This document shows positions 15,055-27,000 of a DNA stretch of 64,000 bases, one piece after another. The stretch's first letter is position 1; each line of letters opens with the position of its first letter. Source of the stretch: Podarcis melisellensis (Eukaryota); the NCBI GenBank assembly GCA_964234715.1, contig OZ174275.1. One strand, given 5' to 3'. A program made the translations under genes and the position numbers. Under the pieces are notes generated by a model, which searched no databases, had not been told where the DNA came from, and was given only the letters and a program-made list of their open reading frames with translations.

Positions 15055-18000
15055 ATAAAAATACACATTACTCTTGTCCATTAGGCCCTTGTATATGACA
15101 AAAAGCTTCATTCCATTGTTGTCTCTGGCGTTTTTCACCAGATTCTTTCTTTGCCCTTCCCACTTGCTGAAGAAAGTCTCTTTCCAAAAGGCTAGAGGAA
15201 ATATTTCTAGCCATCAAGGTCTAACAAAAAATAAAATAAAAAAATAACCATATATTCTTTGCTGAGTGATTGGCTGCTGATCACAGTAAATGAGCTGAAC
15301 TTGTAACAGCATCTCTGTCTGTCTGTCTGTCTGTCTGCAATCAACCCAAATGACACGGGACACAAGAGATTCTATCCAACATGGCACTACATTTAATCCT
15401 TACATCAGTGCAAGGATTTCTAATTGCACAATGGAACCTTCTCCCATGCACCCCCTAGATTTGTTCCATGGGTTCCATTTGTTCCATGAACACTCCTGAA
15501 AAATTTAAGGAGGGTACAAGGCATACAGTGTGGGAGGGGGAAAGGGGAGAAGGTCCCAATGTGCAAGAAGAAATCCTTGACGGGAAAGGTTAGTTGAACG
15601 TTACCCATTATGTTCCAGCTTCCTCTGGTTCAGCAAAAGCATTACTTTTGCTAATACTATATTAATTTACCGTAATTATGTACCAGCAAGGTAGGCAAAC
15701 AACAGTATGTATCAGAAGAAAATGCACTAGCTATGAAAGTCACCTCCAGGAATGTTAATGTGTCCCAAACTTTGGTTTTAAATGCAAGCAAGAAGTAGCA
15801 CTATCCTGATTGACATTCACAATACAAATCATTCCGTGCTACTGTTCAAGAGCACTTCTTAGTTAAATACCCACTATCTGAAGAAAAGAAAGTCATTTTT
15901 GTCCAGCATCTACAGGAGAAACATTTAGCTTAAGAACCACTTAAAAGAGTTAATGCACTGCTGCCTCCCTGAAGTGTTGGGAAACACAAGAGTCTCTGCT
16001 TACCCTGTAAACACAACACCACAAAATCTCAGCAAATGTGTAATGCCCCCCACACCACCTATTGTTTTTTTCATGAGGTCACGTAGGGACAAGAGGGTAC
16101 TTCCTGCACTCACCAAAACACTCATCCCACCCCTTTTCCTGTTAACTTGCCCCTGCAGGAGGGGAGAGGAGTACAAAACAGGCAGTAACCACAAGCAAAT
16201 AAGACTTGGCCAGTCTAAAACAGATTTTCAAAAACTGCCGTAAGAAAAATCTCAAGACTGGCAAGCTGTCCTTTAAGCATCCCCAACTGTAACAGGCAAA
16301 AACAAGATAGGTTGTTTACTTCAGGTCCAAGAAAAGTGGACTGAAGCTCCAGAAAAGGAAAGGAGCACAGCCCACTGGCCCGGGTGATGCTTATCTATCT
16401 GTAGAAAACCAAACTTATAATGGGGAAAAAACAAGCTGCTTTGCTGTGCTGATGCCCCAAGCTTAGTGTGAAGAGTGGGGAGGACTTGCACCTAACTGGG
16501 AGAGATGAGGGCATGAGATAACTCTGCCACTGGTCCTGAGAGAGGAACAGTCAGGGGTGCGAGAAGAAGAGATCAGGGAAACTTTCGTGCTTCCCTTGGC
16601 AACTGTCCATATCTCACATTTTAAAACCCATTGATCTAATGCAATGAACCTTACAAAACAGCTCTGTTCTAAAACAGTACAACTTATTTATATCACAGGC
16701 AGGAAATGCAGTATTAGATCCTCTACAGAGCACTGTGAGGATAAGGAACAGAGCCCACAACACCAAGATTTTGCAACACAAAACTACTTATTTGTGGCAG
16801 TTCCAGTTGCTAAACCCTGCTGCTTAGCCTGCATCAAAATCAAATCATGTGAACTAGCTCTCTCTCTGAAATTAAAGTGCTTAAAATGAGGAGCTACACT
16901 CCCTACTCACTGCTGAGAAGCCTAGAACAAGCAAACAGTTCACAATCAATTTGCAGTTCTGAAACAAATCGCTCACATTTCTGGCCAACGTGCACCACTT
17001 AGAAAGTAGCTCTCCTATCAGTCTCTGAAACCTACCTTTGAAGGGTCTTTGAAGAAAAAGCATAGAAAAACAGAACAAGCCCATAAACAAAGGCTCATTT
17101 CCTCTCAGCTAGAAAGTGAAACATGTTTTTAAGCAGAGGTTGTAAGCCTTAGTGCTGAAGGTCTGTTTCTAGCCCCTTTTACATATCCAACTCCTCCTGC
17201 CCTGCCCAGAATGGGTTAGTTAGTGTCTGTAGATGAGAAGCATGCGTCTACATCCTCATGACCAAGTTAAGAGTCTTGTATGCTTCCACTTACTTTGGCA
17301 CAACAGTCAACAACCCTCACTGACTTGCTATCTAAGGCATGTTTTAAATTCTGAACTGAGCAGCGTGAACTGTTGAGATAACCGAAGGCCACTTCAAAAT
17401 GGCTCAATGAAGCAGCAGTTTCAGGACTTGATCTGAACTAGAAATCAGTTACAGCATTCACCCCTGAAACATATCACACACAATATCAGTACATGCCTGC
17501 AGCTCAGGGAATGAAACCTCTCAGACCTGGCAACTCCAAAGGCTGCAGCACATATTGCGTGTCAAAACCCCTCCCACCAGAAAGAAAGACACAGGACACG
17601 ATGTTTAAGTTTAATGGGCATGAAATGGCCACAACTTTATTGATTATAGAATTGAAGGTATTGGCCCTAGGCATTGGCCTCTATCCGCTACCCGGCATGA
17701 TGTCCAGGAAGGGTTAACACAAACCGTGGGAGGCCCCTGTTGAAGTACGCCAACTAGGATCCCACGGGTGTCACCGCTTGGGGCGTGCCGGGGGCCCTTA
17801 CCTAGCTAGGTTTCGGACAAGACAACGCCCCTCGGAGTCCTCTACCGGACTACCCAATTTCCTCGGGGAAGGTGATGGCGTTCCTTCCCCCCCATCCATT
17901 TGCATAACAATAGAACCCCAGCCAATGCCTAACCGCCAATACAGGGAAAGTTGTGACGTTTGCTATGAGGTAGGCGAAAAAACCAACTGGTCGAAGATCG

Positions 18001-20949
18001 CCAACTTGGAAAAATTCCTACCAGGCCCCTTGCGGCGACCAACCGAAGTCCATAGCAAGGTCATGACGACCTACGGCTGCCTAAGCGTCTAAGGGTGGGT
18101 GGGATGGGAAAACCTCTCAGCTGGTCGGGAGTGAAGAGGGCGGACCCTGGGCGTGCCCGGCTTAAAATACCTTAAGCCACGCCTCCCCCCGGCCCGCCGA
18201 TAGGCGGGCAGGGTCACGAGCACGCCCAGGGATTCCCCCAATTCTCGCGGGGGCCAAGGTCAGCCCCCGCGCTTGGGGGGGGAGGGGCTAGACCGCAACC
18301 CCCTCTCCTCTCCAGGGTCGGAAATGGCTTTATGTGTGGCAGATGAACATTTATTACCATGTGTATAGGCAGTGGAAAAGAACAGACAGTTTCACCTTTC
18401 TAGTGCACACACCACATTTTTGTGTGTGTACACAGAACATTTAGGCTGCTGTCTTATGCATGTTTACTTGGGAGCAACTCAGTGGAACTTAGTTCTAAGT
18501 TAAGTATAGACAGGATTTCACTACTAATGTGTGAAGCAGCCCTTTTTCTACTTTCAATTGTACCGTGTGGCCATATTTTTCAAAAGCTGAAAATCTGAAG
18601 TTGTACTAAGGAAACACATTTCACATTCAGAAGAGATTATTCAAATGTAGTTCCTGCAGAGAGACTGAAAAGAATGCCAGCTAGTGATAAAGCTAAACTG
18701 ATGCTCAATAACAAGAATGAATTCTAAGGATGATACTCCAGGTCAGCTCTTAGCCCTTCAGTTCCTAAAAGTTCTTCTTCAAGAAACAGGATGCTGTCAC
18801 CTTCTCTTGGAGACTAGGACTTTGCGTGTTGTTAAACAATGTTCTCCAGGCATATGGGAAGGTTAAAGAGAAACACACCCATCCCCCATGAAACTATTCT
18901 GTTGAAATCCTAAGCACTTAAGACATGGAAGAGAAGGAGTGGAATTTTCCACATCTTATAAATGGGCCCAACCAATTTGTTTGCATCCCACAGTTGGAAC
19001 TATGGCACAGGGAACCAGCACAAAGGCAACTCCCAGAACAGAGGTGAGTCCAGTCAAGGTCAGGCACATGAGCTGGAGTTGTTGACCAACAGGAGCCAAG
19101 ACAAAGTACATAGAGAAAGAGAGATCTTGGGAGCTGTTGTACCAGCAAAGGTCAGTCAGAGATTGAGATGCTAGTACAGATAGATAAACTCCTTCCTAAT
19201 CAGCAGCTGACTGCATGATACAGCTGATGCCTCCTCCTCTTGAGTAGGCTTGTCCTTCTGAAGCTACCTTGCAATCACTCCTTTGTCAATTCATTAACTA
19301 CCACAGGGCTTGCCTTCATCTTAGTTCATGGGAGTTCGGCATGAAGGGGAAAGAGCCTGGGTCCATTTTACATGTGGTGCAGCAGCTCATCAGGGGCTCC
19401 AAGAGAGTCAGTGAGGTGTAAGAGTATTGGACTATGACTTGGGACTCCAGGGTTCAAATCCCCACTCAGCCCTGAAGCTCGCTGTGTGACCTTAGGCCAG
19501 TCTCCATCACTTATCATAACCTACGTCACAAGGTTGTTGTGAGGCTGAAATGTGGAGGAGGAGAGCTATGTACATCATCTTGAGCTTCTTGGAAGATAAA
19601 GGTGGTACATACATTTAACTAACTAACTAACTAACTAATTAATAAGGTGTCCTCATTATCTGGAGAGTTGGGTTGTTTAGGGCACCCTTCAAGTGTGCTG
19701 GGGCTTTCTGCAGGGTCCAAAGCCACTTGCTCAAATAAATATGCACATTTTTGTTATTTTTATTTGGTTGAAAGTAGAAAAGGAAATAAAGAAGGTGTAT
19801 TGTACGAGACCACAAGGTGGTAAGACTCGGTTTTTTCAGAGTGATGAGAACAAATTGGACAATGCTCAGGGTAACCCATGAAGACAATGTGCGGCATTTA
19901 TAGTTACCATTACTGGGTATAATTTCTAAGAGAATTGTAGTTCAGCACCACAGTAACTTAAAGGTTGGCTTCAACCATAATTCCAAACGCCCATGAGCTT
20001 CCAAAATCATGAAGCTAGATCACCCACTTACTTACTTACTTGCTCGCTAGTAGTTTGGATCTTCTATTTATTTCTTATATTTATATCCTGCCTTTCTTCC
20101 CAAGAAGAACCCAAGGCAGCTACAAATTTCCTCCAGGAGCAACAGCCAATTTCCGCAGCACTGAGTGGCTGAGAGTGCCTCACTAATCACTATTTAGTCC
20201 AAGGCTGCAGTCTGAAAGACATTTACTTTTAAAGTAAAAATGCATAGGATCTGGCTCTAAGTGCAACTGATGTTCACTATTCAGCCTCAGTCTCTTGCCT
20301 TTGGGAAGTGGGTCGTCCATGTACAGTACTTGTTGCTGAGTCCATACTGGAGGAGACAGCACCAAGGATTTCTCATCTCTAGAACAGGTGTCTGAATCCA
20401 CCAAGTAAGCAGGTCAGTAACAATGCTGTTTCCCTAGTGCAGGCAAGTCCAAAAGACAAACAAACAACACTGCGCAATCTTTTCGGCTAACTCATGGCTG
20501 TCTGATCAGATGCCTGTGTGACAGATCTTGTCTATCAGTTCAGATTTTCAAGCCCCAAAGGTCATCCCAGCAACTCTGTCAGAGCATTACAAATCTCAGG
20601 GGGTCCTCATCTGCAGGTGTGCATTACTCATTATTTACATGGCAGTGTACATTCACATCATGCTTCACAGACAGTTCCCCTTGTTTTGCTACTTAAAGCA
20701 GGCTGCAGCCTTGTCAGAAAATATATATATATTCACATGGTTGAACACAAAAGTCAATTTATTAAAGTTTATACCCCACTAACCCAAAAAGGTTCTCATG
20801 AATTTAGTACAATGCAGTAAGAAATAGTGTTTCTGTGGAGACTTGGAATGGTAGAAAGATGTAAATACTCAGAGACATGAAAGGAGGAGAGGTCACTGCT
20901 TTGGAAGGGCAAGTCTGAAGGAACACAGACATAAAAATAGAACAGGGGA

Positions 20950-21021
<72 letters not shown>

Positions 21022-24000
21022 AGGAATGTTAGGTAATGTAAAAGCACACACGGTAGCATGAAAAGGGGTTGGAAAAGCTCATATGAACAACTTGGACTCC
21101 ATACATTAAAGCCCTGGAGGAAGCCTCCCTGTAATGACAGCTGTCTTCTTCTTATGAAGCTAAGATTCAGATCAAAGTTATTTGCGAAAAGTTAGCCTCT
21201 AATTTTAAAATACCAATATTGGTTCTAGCTGTGTCACTTTAAAGCAACTAAACGGAAACTTGATTTTCAGGAAGTACGATCTTAAGTAGGGCACCCATAA
21301 ATCATTACAGAAGCACTGCAACCAATAAATCCAAAAGATGGAAACATAAGAAAAAGGTGGGTGAGGGTATCCCAGTGATTAGCAGCTTACTTACTGATGT
21401 CACAATCCAGCCCACTACCCAATTATGAGCTGTTTTCAGAGACATAGGACAACATGAATGAATAAGCTGAAGAGCTGGCCAGAAGAAAGGCAGCAGAGGA
21501 AAAGCAAACATGCCTGGCTCAGCACAGAATCACCAGGTAAGGGTCTTAAAGCAGAAAGAACAAGGAATAAGGAACCTTAAAGACTTACACAGATTGTGGC
21601 ATAAGCTTTCGTTTGCCAGAGCCCACTTGGTCAGATTGTTAAAGCAATCATCTTAAGAAACACCATGGAAAAAATAAACAGGTCATGGTAATAGGTTCAA
21701 GCTCATTTTGAAGCTCCCAGCTGAGAATGAGAAACTGGTGCAAAGGTTAAAGTACACTGGGTAGGATACTATCTACATCAGATAAACTAATATGCTACAG
21801 GCTCTGTGCCCTAACAAGATCAGTCTCAGCAGCTCAACAACTAAAAATTCTTTATTATTTGGAACATGAGGTGCCTACAAACTGAACTTGGGGAACCAGT
21901 CAGAATCAAATGTCTTTCGCAAGTGGAAGCCAAGAGGAGTTTGTCAAAATAAAAATCAGAACAGAACATTGTACGTGAGGGAAGATATACAAAATAAAAT
22001 AGGAAAGGAGGAAAGGAAAGGCTGGGATTTTTGAAAGCATCAGAGAAAACTAGCCATCAACAAATTACGCAAACAAACCACCTTACTCATCAGAACAGCA
22101 GACACTTTCAATTTAATGGAAGCTCTGGCAAAGTCTCAACAGTCTAATCTCCATTAGGTCAATTATTACTACCTATAGAATTCTAATGCACCGTCCAATA
22201 CCCTAATATGAAAAAACACAGGGTTAAAAACTGGGAAAGATTCAACAACTGTGTTAAGGAAACCAATACTGTATCCCGATTTTCATTTTCATGACTTGCA
22301 ACCTTAAAAAAGACACAGTGCCACCCGCTTATGAAGGGTTAAACCACACATGTGATTTTGTCCAGAGCACATTGTAAGTATTATACAAATATACTCTTTG
22401 ACCCCATAGTCATTTCCAGTAGCCCAATCACTCTAAAGTGAGCTAATGTACCCAGTCTGCCTTTCCCTATTTTACTTTTGAGTCAGGTTTGCAAGAATCC
22501 AACAGTATCAACTTAAACTGCAAGTTGATACACATTGTACACAGTGGGGCAAACAATCACATTTTTAAATTTACACTAACTGATGGGATCTGAACTGGGA
22601 AATAGATATTTGGGTTCAGATGGATAGTGCAATGATAGCACCAGCTGTGGAGCAGTAAAAGAGGCAAAGTATCTAGGCATCATTAGGAAAAAGTCTGAAA
22701 ATACAACACTTAGTATCATAATGCCCCAATATAAATCTATGGTGCAGTCAGATTGGGAAAACCATGTACCGCTGTAGTCACCCCATTTCCCAAAATGGAC
22801 AGTGTAGAGCTGAAAAATGGCTTTGCTAAGAAGAAACACTAAAGCATTGGGGGCTTTTTAGTTTAGGGAAGAAAGACAAGCAAGGGCAAGGAGGAATACT
22901 CAAGAAATGTATCAAATAATTAATGATAGAGAGAAAATGGAGAGAGATAAATCTTTCTCCATCTTTCATAATACTGGATCACATGGGAAGTCAATGAGAT
23001 TGATGGGCAGTAGGTTCCGGACAGAGAGAAACAAGTACTTATTCATGTAACGTTTACAATATAAACCTTTGGAATTCGCTCTCAAGATGTGGTCATGGCC
23101 TCTGGCTTAGACGGATTCATGGAGGACCAGCCCATTACCAAGCTACTGCCTGTAGCGCAACTGAACCTCCAGGTTTAGAAACAATATACCAAGTTGCAAG
23201 AGGGCATAGATACAACAGGAGTGGGGAACAGGTATTGCCTTCATGTCCTCCTTGCAGCATTCCTAGAAGCTTCTGACTGGCCTAGCCGTGTGACCCAGCA
23301 GGACTCTTAACGACCTTAACATTGCCTTTCTCTTTTTACTGTCCCAACAGACAAATGTTATGCTATGTAGTTATGTTGGTGCCTAGAATTTCCAAACATT
23401 TTTAAACTACCCATGCTTATGTGCTTCTAACTTCATTTAGCTCATTGAAGTTTCTGAGTGTTCTGTAGAAAAGTACTGTCCAAAAATAGTGGCACTATGG
23501 AGTCACACCGCAGATCTAAGATGATGCCACAGGATGACAAATTAGTCCCAAGTTCAAAATGAAACAAAAGTTGAAAATCATGTTACATGCACACAGTATT
23601 CGCCTGGTCAAGTTACAGATGACATCCTTTGATATTTGGTACATACTGAATGTTTAGAACTTAACTATTTCTTTGTGCAATCTCCTGGCACTCCCATTTT
23701 ACTTGCCAAAGAAGATCCCTACAATTTAGGGATTTTTTTAATCAAGAGTTTGAAATGGCTTAAGTTGGTGTGTACAGCATCTAGCTTTCACACCCACATA
23801 ACCTGTGAAGTACAGGCTTAGGGAAGATAATCTAACCTGGTATGTGATGAAATGCCAGAACAGAGAGAGTATTATAGCATTTGTGGCTATATAACAACAC
23901 TGTTAAGACTCAGCATCAGGAATGAAGAGTCTTTTCTTTAATCTGGGAGTCATATTGATAATTTAAAAAGCAGCCAGCAATCTTACACATGTCCTGTCAT

Positions 24001-27000
24001 CTGTCCCTTTCCCATTCCTCATAGACAAACAGAACTGTAGTGCATTATCCCTGGGAGAGCTCAGTCGGTACAGCATGAGACACTTAATCTTAGGTCATTG
24101 ATTTGAGCCCCATGCTAGGCAAAAGGCTGCAGGGGGTTGGACTAGATGACCCTTGTGATCCCTTCCAATTGAAAAATTCTATGATTCTATTATTCTACTT
24201 AGAGGGCTATCTTCTCCCATCTAAACTAATAAATAATCTGAACCTGCCTAAAAATACAAAAGGCACAAGAAGACTGCATGCACAGTTAAATTAGACCAAC
24301 CTGTCTAATCTGCAATCTATCATGAGAAAACTGGAATGTTCTAAACATTAATAAATTCCAGAATATTTGTCCAAGTTGCCTGAAATTTGGCATGGAGTAT
24401 CTATCTATACACTGAGTACCATATGGCCAAATTTCAGACGGATCCATTACAAAGATGGTTGAAATATACAAGTTTCCCTTCTTAATAATTGTTGTGCTCC
24501 CTCATAATATCTGTTTTTTCCTTGTCTCTTCGAAGGAATTCTAAATTTAAGGAAATTGCAGGGGTCCTTCCTTCTTTTGTCAAAATGCATTGTGCCTTTA
24601 TGAGTATATTACTTTTTAAATTACTACTTTAAATCCATCAGTTCAGGGTCAATCATCTTGAAAGACACAGTAAGTCCCTGATTCGAGTCTTTAGGGTGGA
24701 GCCTTTTCCCTAAGCAAAGATGGCTGCCACCAGAATAAGGGGGAAGCTGTTAAATGGCATGTAGATTACATAGCTCTAATGGCTGGACTAAAGCAAGACC
24801 ACTTTCCATTTTCAATTGCCTTTTTTTCATTGTCTCCCAGGGCAGAAGTAAGACTTGTGTGGGAAAGAGTGGGAATTAATGCCTCTCTTTACTATTAGTT
24901 TTCAGCTTTTGGGGGGGGGTAGCAGGGGGTGGGCATCCAGTTGCCAAATCATACCTACACTAAAATCCTGAATTTCTCCATTAATGTTTATGAGCTCTTC
25001 TCACCTCCATCCTAGAGGACTTAAAAAATGGCCACTGTAATGTAAACCTAGAAACTTCCTATATAACCTATGAGATTCTTTTTCATATCTCTGCAGCGTA
25101 TTGGGGGAGTGGTACATATATGTGTATCTGTTGTAACTATGTACAGTGGGGTTAAGTGAGCTTTGTTTATCATTTCAAAAGAAAATGGGGAAGAAATAAA
25201 AAACAGATTATCATTTTGTTTTCTCCTCATGTGCTCCCACACCTGCAGAAGCTTTAGTACATTAGAAAAGTCTGTATCCTTTTATTTCTGGCTGTCAATG
25301 TGCCTAAACTAAGACAGGCAGGCATGGACATGCAAGCCAGTAACTTTTGTAAACTTGTTTGCAACGCTGCCAAACAGCACATCATATCACATACAAATCC
25401 AATGTAGATGTAATTCATTAAGGGCTCTACAATGGATATGTCATAGAAGCACAGACAGCAATTATGGCTTATCTCATACCTATAAGGTTCGCTTGCACCT
25501 TTCAGTAGCAAGCATTTCAGTCTAGCCAAATCTGAAAAGAAAAAGACATCCAGATCTGAGAGATCTATCTTTGCCTGTTACTTTTTAATTTGATCCATTT
25601 TTTAAATATAATACAGCTCTCGAGTGCATGAATACCTGCATCATCCTTGATTCCCAAACATGCTGGCTGCGGCCAATGGGAATGGATTCCAACAAGAACT
25701 GGAGTGCAACATATTCCCTATCCATGCCTTGCACCGTATTGGCATTTGGTATTCAAAGGCATTTCCCTTACCTATCCAAATATCCCATAAATTGAACCTG
25801 GGATCCTCCATGTGGAAAGCATAGTATAAGGGTGGGGAAGCCTCAGGTAGCCCTCCATGCCTCTTTGTCCAGCCTTGACACACTCCCTGTGGCCCATGTC
25901 CCCATAGGGCCATGCCCCACACCTTTCTTAAGCGCACTTGTCTCTCTATAATGTGCCCTTTAACCCTGGCAATGTCTCCTGCTTGTAATGCATGGAGAGC
26001 TGTGTGGCTGTAGGTATGCAAAAAGCTCTGATTTTTTCATGATTGGAATGCAACCTACTGTACAAAGGTAAGATTTACAACCATTGCTCCACCACGTTTT
26101 GCTTCTGGCCCTGTGCACCACCGACCTTCAGGTTGAAAACAGTTCCTCCATCCCTAGCATATGCCCTACAGCTGACCTATAGGTCTCTGAGCAAAGCTTC
26201 TGGTGCCTGGTGCCTTCAGTATGTGTGTTACATTTCTCGAAAAAGGACTGGATGAGCATATTAAGAGGTAGCATGTTAATGTGTTACGCTTTGCTTTTCA
26301 GTCACAAGCTACATCATTTCCTTAAGAACCTTTGCAGTTGAAAGATCTCTTTGTCAAGGTCAGTACAGCTAGTTTTCAACATATGATCAAGCAAGTCCAA
26401 ATAAGACGATTTAGATTATTTTTTAAAAAATAATGGAAATTACCATTAAAGCAGCCCTATTCAAGTATCATGCATATCTGGAAACAGAACACATTAATGG
26501 GGAGACAAGCATAACAGCTTCATCCTTATCTGAAGCGGTGAAACTCCTATATGCTTCTAAACCCCAGCTGCAGGGAAACACAAGCAGAAAGAGTGCTGAT
26601 GCACCCATGTCCTGTTTGCAGGCTTGCCACAGACACCTGGCTGACCACTGAAAGAACAGGATACTGGGCTAGATGAGTCTTTGGCCTGATGATGCAAGGA
26701 ATTTCTTGTGTTCTGTGCTCACTGATGATCACATGCAATGTAGAACCTTGGGAAATGTGGGGAGCCTATGAGAGGAAAAGCACGTGGGTGGCAGTGGGTG
26801 GAACTAGCAACACATCCCTAAAATCCCTGCTTATGCGTTATAGATCTAGGTTTTAATAACACCTGAGCAGGGTGTACCTAGCTCCACACCCAAATTCTCA
26901 TAGTCCATTCTTTTAAAGTAGTAAATGCATAGCCCTTCTCGTTGCAAATAAAAAACTTACAAATGCAAAGCATGTGGGCTGTGCACAACCAATGGCTTTT

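Noticed and set aside
17560-18324. Hammerhead ribozyme / retrozyme interpretation of the structured element
   Set aside because: No CUGANGA core with a properly placed GAAA was found by eye; the closest match, CUGAGAG near 18115-18121, does not fit.
24049-24120. tRNA-Lys gene
   Set aside because: The T-arm and acceptor stem are degenerate and it is fused to a CR1 tail, so it is a SINE head.
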